In this document: positions 9,002 through 18,440 of the stretch, piece after piece
Position numbering within the stretch: the stretch's first letter is position 1
Layout of the letters: every line of letters starts with the position of its first letter
Origin: a virus
Lineage: Duplodnaviria; Caudoviricetes
Virus record (IMG/VR): IMGVR_UViG_3300025450_000002
Coordinates: 1,738-65,737 of that record
DNA: 64,000 nt
Direction: 5' to 3' (one strand)
Notes under the pieces: generated by a model
The model's database searches: none
Told to the model about the DNA's origin: nothing
Seen by the model: only the letters and a program-made list of their open reading frames with translations
Position numbers and translations under genes: made by a program

Positions 9002-9454
9002 TTAAGAACCACCATTACCAAAAGTTACACTAGATTTTCTCTCCATAAAGATCGGCATTCTAGAATCACTTTGGCGCATCAAATTATTATCTACAGCATC
9101 CGCTTGAGCAGCCGTCTGACCTTGTTCATAAGCCATACGTTGTTCTACAATTTCCTCAGGGATTTTGCAGAGTAATAATCCGCCTATTTCGATATTGTCT
9201 TTATATTGACCTTCACGAGAGGCTAACAGTCTGTATTGCGGTTGTTCGTCTACATGCACCGGTTCCCAACCCTCACGAAATTTCGCAGAAATATTGCGGG
9301 GATCAGCAGCGTTTAACATTGATACACGAATCCAGCGATAGGCATAACCAGCCTGTTTATCAGGCTCAGGGAGAAGTTCAGGAGGCATCCACTGTTTAGG
9401 ACGCTCTTTTAATTCACGGTTTTCCATCTCACGTTGTAATCTATTTGTTGCCAT
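9002..9454 (-). CDS. Conserved head-cluster protein
   Basis: WxPPxLLPxP...YRWIR...REGWEPV pattern; lies between scaffold and capsid genes. Confidence 0.65.
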   Translation of the reverse strand: MATNRLQREMENRELKERPKQWMPPELLPEPDKQAGYAYRWIRVSMLNAADPRNISAKFREGWEPVHVDEQPQYRLLASREGQYKDNIEIGGLLLCKIPEEIVEQRMAYEQGQTAAQADAVDNNLMRQSDSRMPIFMERKSSVTFGNGGS

Positions 9455-9456
9455 TT

Positions 9457-10434
9457 TTAGGCCTCCAATTTAACAAATTCACGGGCATATTGCTCGGGGG
9501 TTAAGCCAAGCTTTTTTGCGATAGCTTGAGCTGATTTAGTAAGTACGATTCTTTTAGACGCGGTACTTCTTTTTGCTGGCGCTACTACCGTGCTTAGTTT
9601 TGACGTACGTTGAGGTTTTTCCTCATCGTTTTTTGCTGCTTCACCAAACTCATCCGGAAATCTGGTTTTCATTTCATTGTCAATACGCTTGTAGTATTCG
9701 TCTGTACCAACGAAACCCATTCCGTATTTGTTTTGCAATTCTTCATGGTATGTCTCAGCGTATACTTTCATCCGTTTTTTAGTCGGATCAACAAACCACT
9801 GATTCCGTGACACCCACTCAGCTAGTTTAGGGTCCATTTGGGGTTGAACTTGCTGAGGAATATATTGCTGTGATTGTATTTTTACATCATTTTGAGTATT
9901 TTGTACAGTATTTTTAAACTTTTTAGCTTTATCAAGTTTTAACTGTGCTTTAACCATGTTTTCTTGAGCTTTTAAGAGCCTATCAGAGTCTCCAGAATCA
10001 TAAGCATCCTTATAATCCTGTTTTGCCTTCTCTAACTCAGCTTTTGCAGCTGATTTATAGTTGGAATTTAACTCTTTTTCACCACTTCTTAGCATATTTT
10101 GTAGACGTTTATTCTCGTCTAAAATAGCCTGAGCAGCCTTTAAAGCCTCTTGTTGTTCACGTAAAGCAGCCTCTTTTGCTCTTCTTTCTTCATGCCAAGC
10201 CTTTTTGTATTGAGAAAACTTCTCTTTTACATTTTTAGAATACTCTTCGGACTCGTCTAAAGACTCAAGTTGATCTTTTACTTCTGCTTCCAAAGGTTTT
10301 CTATGACGGTCATCTTTAGGTGTATCGTCGACAATCTCAACTTCAACATCATCACCTTCTTCTAAAGATATGTCTAGTTTGTCCTCTGTAGCTTCGTTTT
10401 CTACTTCATCGGGGAATTTGTAAGCTTCTGCCAT
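9457..10434 (-). CDS. Scaffolding protein
   Basis: Acidic N-terminus, long coiled coil, C-terminal AIAKKLGLTPEQYA helix. Confidence 0.7.
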   Translation of the reverse strand: MAEAYKFPDEVENEATEDKLDISLEEGDDVEVEIVDDTPKDDRHRKPLEAEVKDQLESLDESEEYSKNVKEKFSQYKKAWHEERRAKEAALREQQEALKAAQAILDENKRLQNMLRSGEKELNSNYKSAAKAELEKAKQDYKDAYDSGDSDRLLKAQENMVKAQLKLDKAKKFKNTVQNTQNDVKIQSQQYIPQQVQPQMDPKLAEWVSRNQWFVDPTKKRMKVYAETYHEELQNKYGMGFVGTDEYYKRIDNEMKTRFPDEFGEAAKNDEEKPQRTSKLSTVVAPAKRSTASKRIVLTKSAQAIAKKLGLTPEQYAREFVKLEA

Positions 10435-10442
10435 ATAACCTC

Positions 10443-10856
10443 CTAAACAAACTTACGTGTGATACCGCGAGGGTCTTGTACGACTGCCTCAACAGAATCA
10501 TCATTAATAATGCGGAATTCTTTTCCATGTATAACTAGACGTGTGCCAGCGTTGGGTCTTATCAAAACAAAATCCCCTTCTTTACAATACGCTCCAGATG
10601 GAAAACGCTCAGGGTCTTTATAACAATCAGGCCCCATCTTAACAACAAATAACACTGTAGTTAGTAACTCATCGTGTCGTCTTGTTATGTCTGATTTAAG
10701 AATACCATTATCGAAAGCTTCTTCAGTTTCTGGGATCGCGCACAGAATGCGATATCCTTTCGGTTCTGGAAGTTGTCTAGCCTTTTCTTCGGCTTGCTGC
10801 ATTATTGCCCCTAAGTCTATTGCTCTACTTAAGTCTACATCCGTAAGATTACTCAT
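10443..10856 (-). CDS. groES: Co-chaperonin GroES (Cpn10)-like
   Basis: PxGYRIL...GI...VVKMGPD...KEGDFVL...GKEFRIINDDSVEAVV fits Cpn10. Confidence 0.8.
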   Translation of the reverse strand: MSNLTDVDLSRAIDLGAIMQQAEEKARQLPEPKGYRILCAIPETEEAFDNGILKSDITRRHDELLTTVLFVVKMGPDCYKDPERFPSGAYCKEGDFVLIRPNAGTRLVIHGKEFRIINDDSVEAVVQDPRGITRKFV

Positions 10857-11046
10857 CTGAGATCTCCAATTTTTGTTTAAGGTCTAACGCATAATTACGT
10901 GCGGTAAGTAGACCTTTAACTTCCCCGCATACTCTTCTATACTCTTCAAAAGTATCAATCCGTCCGTCTGCTAATGCCTCTTGAAGTTGTAAAACCTTTT
11001 CATCTAACTGACGTGCTAGATGATTTAATGCTGTATCAGCATCCAT
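10849..11046 (-). CDS. Small conserved protein downstream of portal
   Basis: 65 aa; EEYRRVCGEVKGL; coupled to portal stop. Confidence 0.7.
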   Translation of the reverse strand: MDADTALNHLARQLDEKVLQLQEALADGRIDTFEEYRRVCGEVKGLLTARNYALDLKQKLEISDE

Positions 11047-13607
11047 TATTTACTTTCCTTTTTGGGTTGTTTAGTTTGTGCTTCCGACTGCTTTGCTGCT
11101 AATTCTCTTTGTACATCCGTCTGCATTCTTGTTACTTCTTTCTGATGAGCATGCTGCTCACGAGTTTTACCTACATCAATAGCTAATCTTGCCCCATCAG
11201 TTTCCTGTTGGGTACGTTCTTTACTCTTAGCAAGTTGAGCTTGGATAGCCATCTTAGCTCCTTCAGTTTCTTGTTGAGCCGCAATTCTTTGCTGTTCAAT
11301 CTGAAGTTGCAACTGTTTAATCTGAAAGTCCTGCTGATCTTTCTGAGCTTTTCTTTGTTGCTCTTGCATCTTAATCTGAACTTCTTGTTGCTGAAGCTGG
11401 ATGATCGGATCTTGTGCTTGCTGCTGAGCTTGCTGTTGTTTAGCTGATTGCTGAGATTCTTGTAAGACTTGTTGAGCTGCTTGAGCCGCCATTCTGGAGA
11501 TCTGGACTTCCATTTCTGGAGACATACCTTTCTCTTCTTCATCCTCATTTTCTGGAGGAGGTGGTAAGGCAACACCCATCTTATCTTCTATCTGTTTGCG
11601 ATACTCCATACCTAAATGCTCAAACACGTGAGCAGCAACAGCCGCTTGAATTTGCTGAGCTAGTTGTGGATTTGACTGCAACAACATACCTATATGTGGA
11701 TCTTGCATCATAGATTGATGAGATGTTATATGAGCCTGATGATCTTGATAGAGGAAGGCTTTTACAGGTTTACCAGATAGTAAGTTTTGATTTTCAGTTA
11801 TTGGGTCACGAGGCTTCATATCCTCTGGTAACGGTACCAATTTCTGATAGTTTTTGATTCCCAACACATCCAACATCTGACGATGGAGTACAGGTAGATC
11901 ATAGAGCTGCGGTGCGGTCTGAGCGAGTTGTAGAGCTGCTTGATACTGTACAACCTTTTGCGCCATAGTTGCTGCGTTGGGATCGGAAACAGGAAGAACG
12001 TAGACCATATCGTAGTCTGACTTTTTAGCCATACGATCACCTTCTTCAGGCTCGTACTCATATTCTTCTGGAGTGTAATCTCTAATAATATCTTTAAGAA
12101 GTTGGAACTCTTGCTTCATTGCATAGTGTATACGTGACTGTATAGCACTCATTGTTTTTAGAGTTCTTTCTAAGATAGCTAATGTTGTTCCAACAGGAGC
12201 ATTAGCGCTCATGTCGGATGCTTGTAACTCAGTAGATCCAGCAAACTTTCTAGCTTCATCTATGATAGTTTGGAATAACTGATATAAAACTGTACTTGGT
12301 TCTTTGTAAGGCATCGGTAACATATTGTCTCGTAAAGACCCACTTGTTACGTCTGCATCTCGCCATTCTCCTGGGGCTATCGGTGTATCATCTCCTTTGA
12401 TTCGCATACCACGTGTCTTGAAACCACCGGGCAAGTTAGATAATGTGCCAGCGTCGACCAGTTGACGAATAAGGGAAGTGCCAGACTTGGCAAAAGCACC
12501 AATAAGATGAATAAGACCAAAAGCATAGAAGCCAAATCCTGGAATATATGGGTAATGTACAAAGTGATCTCTTTTGCGATGCGTTTCATCTTCTGGTCTC
12601 CAGTTGCGTCTAATAGCTAATATAGTATTAGTACCTTTCTCTATAGTAACCACGTATGGTAGACCTATACCTGTGTGTTCACCCTCATCATCTTCATGTT
12701 CAAACCCAGGAAGATCAAGCTCAACATGCATCTCTAATAACTTAAATCTGTCGTCTGTTGTAGCTCTAAACCCTAACTTCTCAGCAATCTTCTTCTCAAT
12801 CTCATCCATGACTTGTACAGGTTCACCAAGATCAACCTGTTTATAAAAGCCTTCATGCTGGAGTTTTAGTACATCATTTTCTGTCTTACGCATGACGTGT
12901 GTCACACGCTCTGCAGACTCAAGACTTGATGCCCCGTATGGAACTACGACATCTTCTGCTGGTACATATATAGATACTTGTCTTTGTAAAGACGGATCAA
13001 AATATACTTTCTTAAACGCATTACCGGCAAGTCCAAGTCCCCATAACATTCTTTCATGCTCAGGTCTAAACTCTTTCATCACATCCGTGATCTGATAGTT
13101 CATATCATCTTGTACTCGCTGAGCAGCAGCTTTCTTCTCAGGGGTTTCTTTGCCAATAATCTGTGTCTTAACTGGGCCAGCTGCAGGGAATGTTTCCATC
13201 ATTGTTTCTGCTTGGAATCTGACTACAGCTTCTGCTAGGAGTGGATGGTAAACCCCACAAGCCCCTTCCCACGGTTCGGCTCTCTCTTCAATTTTTAGGC
13301 CTAGAAGTTCTAAGCCATCCACATAAGTTTGTATCCAGTCTTTTCTAGCGGAGATATCGCTATCAAAATCCGCTGTTAATTCACTGGCTAATGACTGTAA
13401 TACCTGTTCATCTAATACTTCAGCCAAGTTCTGATCAAAGTCATCTGGCTCGTCATCTTTCTCCATTCTGATCAGCGGCTCACCGTCCATGCCAATCTCT
13501 ACTGCTTCTGGATCTTCAATGCTAATTTCTAAGGCGTGGTCGCCAGTATCATCTGCTAGTTGATCTATTCCCTGTGGGGCCTGATATAACGCCTTATCTA
13601 TTGCCAT
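11046..13607 (-). CDS. Portal protein with Gln-rich C-terminal coiled coil
   Basis: 853 aa directly after TerL; P22-like barrel tail. Confidence 0.85.
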   Translation of the reverse strand: MAIDKALYQAPQGIDQLADDTGDHALEISIEDPEAVEIGMDGEPLIRMEKDDEPDDFDQNLAEVLDEQVLQSLASELTADFDSDISARKDWIQTYVDGLELLGLKIEERAEPWEGACGVYHPLLAEAVVRFQAETMMETFPAAGPVKTQIIGKETPEKKAAAQRVQDDMNYQITDVMKEFRPEHERMLWGLGLAGNAFKKVYFDPSLQRQVSIYVPAEDVVVPYGASSLESAERVTHVMRKTENDVLKLQHEGFYKQVDLGEPVQVMDEIEKKIAEKLGFRATTDDRFKLLEMHVELDLPGFEHEDDEGEHTGIGLPYVVTIEKGTNTILAIRRNWRPEDETHRKRDHFVHYPYIPGFGFYAFGLIHLIGAFAKSGTSLIRQLVDAGTLSNLPGGFKTRGMRIKGDDTPIAPGEWRDADVTSGSLRDNMLPMPYKEPSTVLYQLFQTIIDEARKFAGSTELQASDMSANAPVGTTLAILERTLKTMSAIQSRIHYAMKQEFQLLKDIIRDYTPEEYEYEPEEGDRMAKKSDYDMVYVLPVSDPNAATMAQKVVQYQAALQLAQTAPQLYDLPVLHRQMLDVLGIKNYQKLVPLPEDMKPRDPITENQNLLSGKPVKAFLYQDHQAHITSHQSMMQDPHIGMLLQSNPQLAQQIQAAVAAHVFEHLGMEYRKQIEDKMGVALPPPPENEDEEEKGMSPEMEVQISRMAAQAAQQVLQESQQSAKQQQAQQQAQDPIIQLQQQEVQIKMQEQQRKAQKDQQDFQIKQLQLQIEQQRIAAQQETEGAKMAIQAQLAKSKERTQQETDGARLAIDVGKTREQHAHQKEVTRMQTDVQRELAAKQSEAQTKQPKKESK

Positions 13608-13616
13608 AATCTATCC

Positions 13617-15155
13617 TTAATAGTAAGCCACTTTTTTGCGGTATTTGTAAAGCAAATTATCTTCTGGTTCATCATTTGGTAGACGTATAAATCCACCCTG
13701 CCTAAATCTTAACAGAGCAAGGGTAGTTGAGTCTACTAAGTCATCATTTAAACCGCTTGGAAAGTCGTTACATTCTTCAATTACATCTTTAGCCCACCTG
13801 TGCGCAGGTGCCCAGACGATTCCTCCCGAGAACAGATCAGAGATAGCATTAACTCGAGCGATTTTGTCTTGACCTTTGCCAGGTGTAAACTCTTGCGCCG
13901 GAATACCCATACGCCTAAACTCTTGATATAGTGCCGCTCCATTGGACTTCTTTTCAACCATGAACGAATCTGGCTGCCATGTCTTATATTCTTCAATACA
14001 AAGCTTCTTGAGTTCCGGAAACTCCATGCGTCTTTTAATCGCATTGAGTAGTATGATGTTGTAATTCCCAACTTCTTCATTGAAGAAAACTCCCCACGTC
14101 GTAAGCGCATTGTAGTCCGAACGATTGTTTGATTCCTGCGCCGCATCGAGCGACATAATAATATACTCACATTGTGGCGGGTCATCTTCCTCCCATATAT
14201 TCCACCATTCCCGTTTGATCAGAGCACCTTCTTCTGACACAGGATTCTGCATGTATTGAGCATTCCAGTATCTAATGTCAAGTACGGCTTTCTTAGCCAG
14301 TAACTCCTCAACCGGCCAAAACTCAGGCCACAAACTTTCGCCGTCATCTTTAATAGCTGGAAACTGAATTACTTCCCACGGTTCAGCATCATCAATATCG
14401 TCCATCTGTTTAAGAATCTGCCCAGTTAGGTCAAGTTTTGACCATCTAGTCATAACAATAATAATAGCGCCACCAGGCATAAGACGTTGCAAAGGACCAG
14501 ATTGAAACCACTCCCAAGCGGGTAAAAATACTTCCGGTCTTCCTGTTTTAGCTTCTTGTTCTGAATGCGGATCATCAATAATAAATAGATCAGCTCCACG
14601 TCCAGCCAGAGCACCACCAACACCAATAGCAAAATATTCACCAAGAAAGTTAGTCCCCCATCGTGATGCCGACTTACTGTCAGCTTGCAATTCTACCTGC
14701 GGAAAAATGTTTTTATACGGATCTGAGCCAACGAGGTTCCTAACACGGCGACCAAAGTTAACAGCCAAATCCGCTGTGTGAGATGCCATAATAATCTTTT
14801 TCTGGGGGTACTTTCCAAGGAACCATGCGGGTGCCAAGTATGAAATGAGCTCAGACTTACCGTGTCGTGGAGCAATATTAACAATGACACGTTTTTTCTT
14901 ACCGTTAGCAATATCTTCAAAAATTTGAGCCAGTTTGAGATGATGTGGCCCGACCTTGTAGCCTGGGTATACGTGTTTAACAAAGTCCAAAAAGGATACT
15001 TTTCCTCGTTCTTGTGTGAGAAACTCATCATATTTCTCCAGTAAATCCTTCGCTTTTCGCTTAATTTCAGGCGGAGTTTTAGGGTTTTTTACCACTAAAC
15101 GTAGTTTAAATAGCTGCTCCTGGGTGAGTTTTAGCTCACTCATTTTTACTTTCAA
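13617..15155 (-). CDS. terL: Terminase large subunit
   Basis: Walker A APRHGKS, Walker B LFIIDDP, coupling motif MTRW, nuclease acidic residues (SLD...DDLVD). Confidence 0.95.
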   Translation of the reverse strand: MKVKMSELKLTQEQLFKLRLVVKNPKTPPEIKRKAKDLLEKYDEFLTQERGKVSFLDFVKHVYPGYKVGPHHLKLAQIFEDIANGKKKRVIVNIAPRHGKSELISYLAPAWFLGKYPQKKIIMASHTADLAVNFGRRVRNLVGSDPYKNIFPQVELQADSKSASRWGTNFLGEYFAIGVGGALAGRGADLFIIDDPHSEQEAKTGRPEVFLPAWEWFQSGPLQRLMPGGAIIIVMTRWSKLDLTGQILKQMDDIDDAEPWEVIQFPAIKDDGESLWPEFWPVEELLAKKAVLDIRYWNAQYMQNPVSEEGALIKREWWNIWEEDDPPQCEYIIMSLDAAQESNNRSDYNALTTWGVFFNEEVGNYNIILLNAIKRRMEFPELKKLCIEEYKTWQPDSFMVEKKSNGAALYQEFRRMGIPAQEFTPGKGQDKIARVNAISDLFSGGIVWAPAHRWAKDVIEECNDFPSGLNDDLVDSTTLALLRFRQGGFIRLPNDEPEDNLLYKYRKKVAYY

Positions 15156-15708
15156 CCTCGTCTATGATCTCTTTTGCTTCTACATCTATGTATTTGTCTT
15201 CTACTTGATCTAATAATTCCATTAATTCAGCTTCAACTTCTTCCATAGTTTGTATTTTTACTGTCACTTCACTGCGTTTCTTAAAAGCATCAATTCCATC
15301 TACTTCGCCTAATACTCTCAAAGCTGATACTTTAGTCTTAACATCTTTAGCTGCCTCAACTGAATGGACTAACTGATTAACTACATATGTTTTTAGCTCA
15401 GATAATTCATCAACTATCTGTACATTCATCTGTGCAACCATACCAGCCAGCATTGCAAGGGTTTCATTGGGGTATTTATTGAATTCTGGGCGGAATTTTG
15501 GGTCTTCAGCCATCTTTACAGCTAATTCTTTAGCATCTTGGACATCATTTTTACTAGGAAGTATAGGTTGACCAGTAAGATCTGCCATTAAAGCAACCAC
15601 ATTGGCACGCATATTGAGTTCTTCTTGGGGTGTTAGAGACGGAAAAGCTTCCTGCGCACTCTTTGGCAGTGTGATATTAGACTCAATTTCTGGGATATAC
15701 GCGTCCAT
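15136..15708 (-). CDS. terS: Terminase small subunit (putative; start set at ATG 15708)
   Basis: Helical ~190 aa protein directly upstream of and overlapping terL. Confidence 0.6.
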   Translation of the reverse strand: MDAYIPEIESNITLPKSAQEAFPSLTPQEELNMRANVVALMADLTGQPILPSKNDVQDAKELAVKMAEDPKFRPEFNKYPNETLAMLAGMVAQMNVQIVDELSELKTYVVNQLVHSVEAAKDVKTKVSALRVLGEVDGIDAFKKRSEVTVKIQTMEEVEAELMELLDQVEDKYIDVEAKEIIDEVESKNE

Positions 15709-15714
15709 AGCAAG

Positions 15715-15744
15715 AGTGTACAACTAATTTAAATTTAGTGTAAA
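15715..15744 (-). promoter_or_regulatory. sigma70-like promoter for terS (possibly leaderless mRNA)
   Basis: TTTACA-N18-TACACT; ATG lies 6 nt after the -10 hexamer; no SD. Confidence 0.5.
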
Positions 15745-15756
15745 GATTTTTTATAC

Positions 15757-15785
15757 AAAAAAGAGGGGGTAGCATTAACCCCCTA
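15757..15785 (-). terminator. Hairpin plus T-tract upstream of the terS promoter
   Basis: Minus strand AGGGGGT-TAATGCT-ACCCCCT-CTTTTTT. Confidence 0.55.
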
Positions 15786-15829
15786 AGCACATCTCACGGG
15801 AAAATCATATATAGTATACCCCCATTTTT

Positions 15830-16280
15830 AGAATTGTGGGACTCCTAAGGGGGTCTTTTCTATATTTCAAACACATATCTACCAGGTTAAAAAAGTCAGG
15901 GGGTGGGGTCAAAAATAATATGTAAAGTTATAAAACCTATCAATTTAGGTCGTGTGTTTGGCGTTTTTTATTGTTTGGAATCAATAAGTTATGATAGTTC
16001 GTTTTTTCAATTTGTCACTGTTTTTGGATTAAATAGGGGGTAATTTATACATGATTCAAATACCGTACTTAATGCCGATTTTGAGGTAACTTTTAGGTTA
16101 AGTTGTTGATTTATAAGGATATGATATGTAAAGTGTGACGGTTGTGTGTTTGAGGGAGAAACGCTAAGTGTTTTGGGAAAATGTAGAGTTATTTGTCTAT
16201 ATCTTGGGGTATGGGGGACGAGATGGAACCATTCATAGATTTGGGGGGGTGGGGGGTTAGGGTGACTTACCCCCAAAAAC
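15830..16280. other. Non-coding G-tract region at the late/early divergence; candidate packaging site or genome terminus
   Basis: Several G4-G7 runs on + strand; IHF consensus WATCAANNNNTTR at 15979-15991 (+) and 16099-16111 (-); next to terS. Confidence 0.5.
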
Positions 16281-16313
16281 TTGTTTTCATGGGTAAAAAA
16301 CAGGTATAAATAA
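16281..16313 (+). promoter_or_regulatory. Early sigma70-like promoter
   Basis: TTGTTT-N18-TATAAA; shares CAGGTATAWATAA with the 16963 promoter. Confidence 0.55.
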
Positions 16314-16352
16314 TACATGGCAGTATGTTCTGCTACTAACAAGGAGAAGTAT

Positions 16353-16517
16353 ATGTTATACACAGTATCAGTATTATGGGGTAATAAAGAAGTAAAGCAC
16401 ACAGCACGCAGTAAGTCTAAGGCTCTTACATGGTTACACAAGTATCCTAACGAAGACATATTCATCAAGGTTACTGATGTGTTCGGTAAGACAGTCGCTG
16501 TTAAATACAAACGCTAA
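16353..16517 (+). CDS. First early protein (54 aa; start corrected)
   Basis: AAGGAGAAGT at 16341 precedes ATG 16353. Confidence 0.7.
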   Translation: MLYTVSVLWGNKEVKHTARSKSKALTWLHKYPNEDIFIKVTDVFGKTVAVKYKR

Positions 16518-16557
16518 TCAACAGGGGGCGAAAGCCCCCATCACTAAGGAGAAGTAT

Positions 16558-16638
16558 ATGGACTATCTATTTCCATTCGTAGCATTCGCAGCATTCATTG
16601 CACTTTTATATCTATTATCAATCAACGAGGAGGAGTAA
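16558..16638 (+). CDS. Early membrane micro-peptide (MDYLFPFVAFAAFIALLYLLSINEEE)
   Basis: AAGGAGAAGT at 16546; single hydrophobic helix. Confidence 0.65.
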   Translation: MDYLFPFVAFAAFIALLYLLSINEEE

Positions 16639-16640
16639 TC

Positions 16641-16856
16641 ATGAGGTTAGTATATGAAACAAGTGGTAACGAAGTACAAGTAGGTGATAAAACATCAACA
16701 TTCAGAGATGAGTTAGTTGAGGTGAAGTATATTACTAAGCCACACAAACCAAGTAGCACAGGTCGTGTAGGTGTGCGGTTTCTAAATGAACAACACACAG
16801 TCGAGTTCTTTCCAGGCGTTATCAATGCCGAGTGGATAGAAAGAGAAGATCGGTAA
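16641..16856 (+). CDS. Early hypothetical protein
   Basis: 71 aa; AGGAGGAGT RBS. Confidence 0.75.
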   Translation: MRLVYETSGNEVQVGDKTSTFRDELVEVKYITKPHKPSSTGRVGVRFLNEQHTVEFFPGVINAEWIEREDR

Positions 16857-16962
16857 CACCAGACCGGCGCAAGCCGGTTTGATACCAGTTACCTATCCCC
16901 GAGCGTGTTAAGCGTGCGTGTGGTCAAGCGTGTTAAATAGAGTTCCACTTAGGCGTGGAAGT

Positions 16963-16995
16963 TTGCATATCAATCAATTTATCAGGTATATATAA
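16963..16995 (+). promoter_or_regulatory. Early sigma70-like promoter abutting a TTCCAC-N6-GTGGAA site
   Basis: TTGCAT-N18-TATATA. Confidence 0.55.
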
Positions 16996-17060
16996 CTTAC
17001 CTAAGCAATATCGTTTAGGTTTTAATCAACGCATTACTTATTTTATAAGGAGAAGTAAAC

Positions 17061-17705
17061 ATGGTTACTAAAACCAAAAACCCCGTATTATCCCTCAACG
17101 TTACATCTTTAAAAGATGGTGCTTATCAACAAGCCAAAGCAAACGATACAATCCGTGTAGTTGCTCGTTATGCTATCAATAACATTGTAGGCTTTCCTGA
17201 AGATATCCCTAAGGAATCTTTAGAGCAGTTGAATGAGGGTTATCTCTTAAGATGGAATGAAAATAATCCCCCTGTTACATACGCCGTTATCAATGACCAT
17301 TTTATTACATACGACGAAGCAATCCATAAGGACTGTGAAAAGCGTGTTATTGGTGCTGATTACATTATGTCATTCAGTGGTCAGGCTTTTGGTGCATTAA
17401 AAGAGTCTGAACCATACTTACATGAGTTGTTAGTTCCAATTCGTAAGAAAATTCAAACTTACTGCAGTAACAGGGTCAACGATTTAAAGCGTGTAGGTAA
17501 ACAGATAGTCAAAGAGTCAGACCCTGCTAGTAATACACGCTCATCAATTAAGAGTTTCAACGAAGTTGTCAAGGAAGTATTCGACGGCAAGAATGGTTTA
17601 GTTGCACGTTGCAAGACTGCTAAAAAGCAACGCAACGATACTGAAGCCGACGAAGTAAAATTAACTCAATCAATTAACGCTTTCATGAAAGTATGGAATA
17701 GTTAA
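17061..17705 (+). CDS. Monocistronic early protein, unknown function
   Basis: 214 aa; own promoter, AAGGAGAAGT RBS and terminator. Confidence 0.8.
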   Translation: MVTKTKNPVLSLNVTSLKDGAYQQAKANDTIRVVARYAINNIVGFPEDIPKESLEQLNEGYLLRWNENNPPVTYAVINDHFITYDEAIHKDCEKRVIGADYIMSFSGQAFGALKESEPYLHELLVPIRKKIQTYCSNRVNDLKRVGKQIVKESDPASNTRSSIKSFNEVVKEVFDGKNGLVARCKTAKKQRNDTEADEVKLTQSINAFMKVWNS

Positions 17706-17715
17706 TTATTTTTAG

Positions 17716-17748
17716 ACCTGATACACGCAAGTGTATCAGGTTTTTTTT
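17716..17748 (+). terminator. Rho-independent terminator
   Basis: ACCTGATACAC-GCAA-GTGTATCAGGT followed by T-tract. Confidence 0.85.
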
Positions 17749-17837
17749 CGTCCGTCAACTATGAAACCAGTTACATATTTGTGCGTGCGTGAGTGTGCAT
17801 CATTTAATTTTATTCTAAATGACAGGATTTACTTTGC

Positions 17838-18424
17838 TTTCCACGTGGACGTGGAAAAATTCCAAGTTTTTGACGTCGCCCTCATGTGTTCGACAAAAAA
17901 ATTCTAGAATTTTTATAACAACTTGGAATTTTTTTCGCTTGTAACTTATTGATTTAGTTAAACAATAAAAAAAATTCCAAAAATTCCAACTTTTTTTGGG
18001 AGTATGTCAGGTTAAAAGCAGTTTTTTTCATATCAAGAGAGTCTTGCATAGAGTGCATATTAGTAAATAAAAAAATCGCCTGCAAAGTCCCGTATACTTA
18101 AAAAAACATGGAATTTTTGGAATTTTTGGAATTTTTTATATATTATTATTATTATTATTATTATTTAATTAATAAATACAAGGACTTAGCGATTTTCACC
18201 AACAAAAAATCAAGCACTTACCTCAACCCCAAACTTGGAATTTTTCTTAGAATTTTCCATCAAACTTGGAATTTTTTACCCACCACCTCAAACTAACTAA
18301 ATAAACTAAAGGGGTATTGTTATATGTAAAGTTATGTTATACTTATAACAGATGGGAGAAGTAAATTAACTCACCATCTACTTAGCGTCGTATTTTTATT
18401 TAATCTTCCACGTCCACGTGGAAA
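17838..18424. other. Putative replication origin: iterons, IHF sites, AT-rich core, terminal 19-bp inverted repeat
   Basis: About 11 copies of TTGGAATTTT/AAAATTCCAA in both orientations; (TAT)8 at 18141-18164; IHF consensus at 17942 and 18208. Confidence 0.65.
18315..18356 (+). promoter_or_regulatory. Early promoter, near-duplicate of the one at 19814
   Basis: Extended -10 TG-T-TATACT; shared ATATGTAAAGTTAT..TATACTTATAACAG.TGGGA. Confidence 0.65.
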
Positions 18425-18440
18425 ACCTTAGGAGAATGTC

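Noticed and set aside
16007-16510. 167-aa minus-strand ORF
   Set aside because: Runs antisense across the G-tract region and a real early gene; no RBS; implausible composition.
17856-18277. CRISPR array
   Set aside because: Repeats are about 10 bp, in mixed orientation and irregularly spaced; the Cas4-like nuclease is a stand-alone replication-module gene.
18108-18296. 62-aa ORF with poly-Tyr and MEFLEFLEF
   Set aside because: Artefact of translating iterons and the (TAT)n tract; no RBS.
17838-18424. MITE or IS suggested by the 19-bp terminal inverted repeats
   Set aside because: No transposase or target-site duplication; the repeats belong to a dispersed palindrome family.
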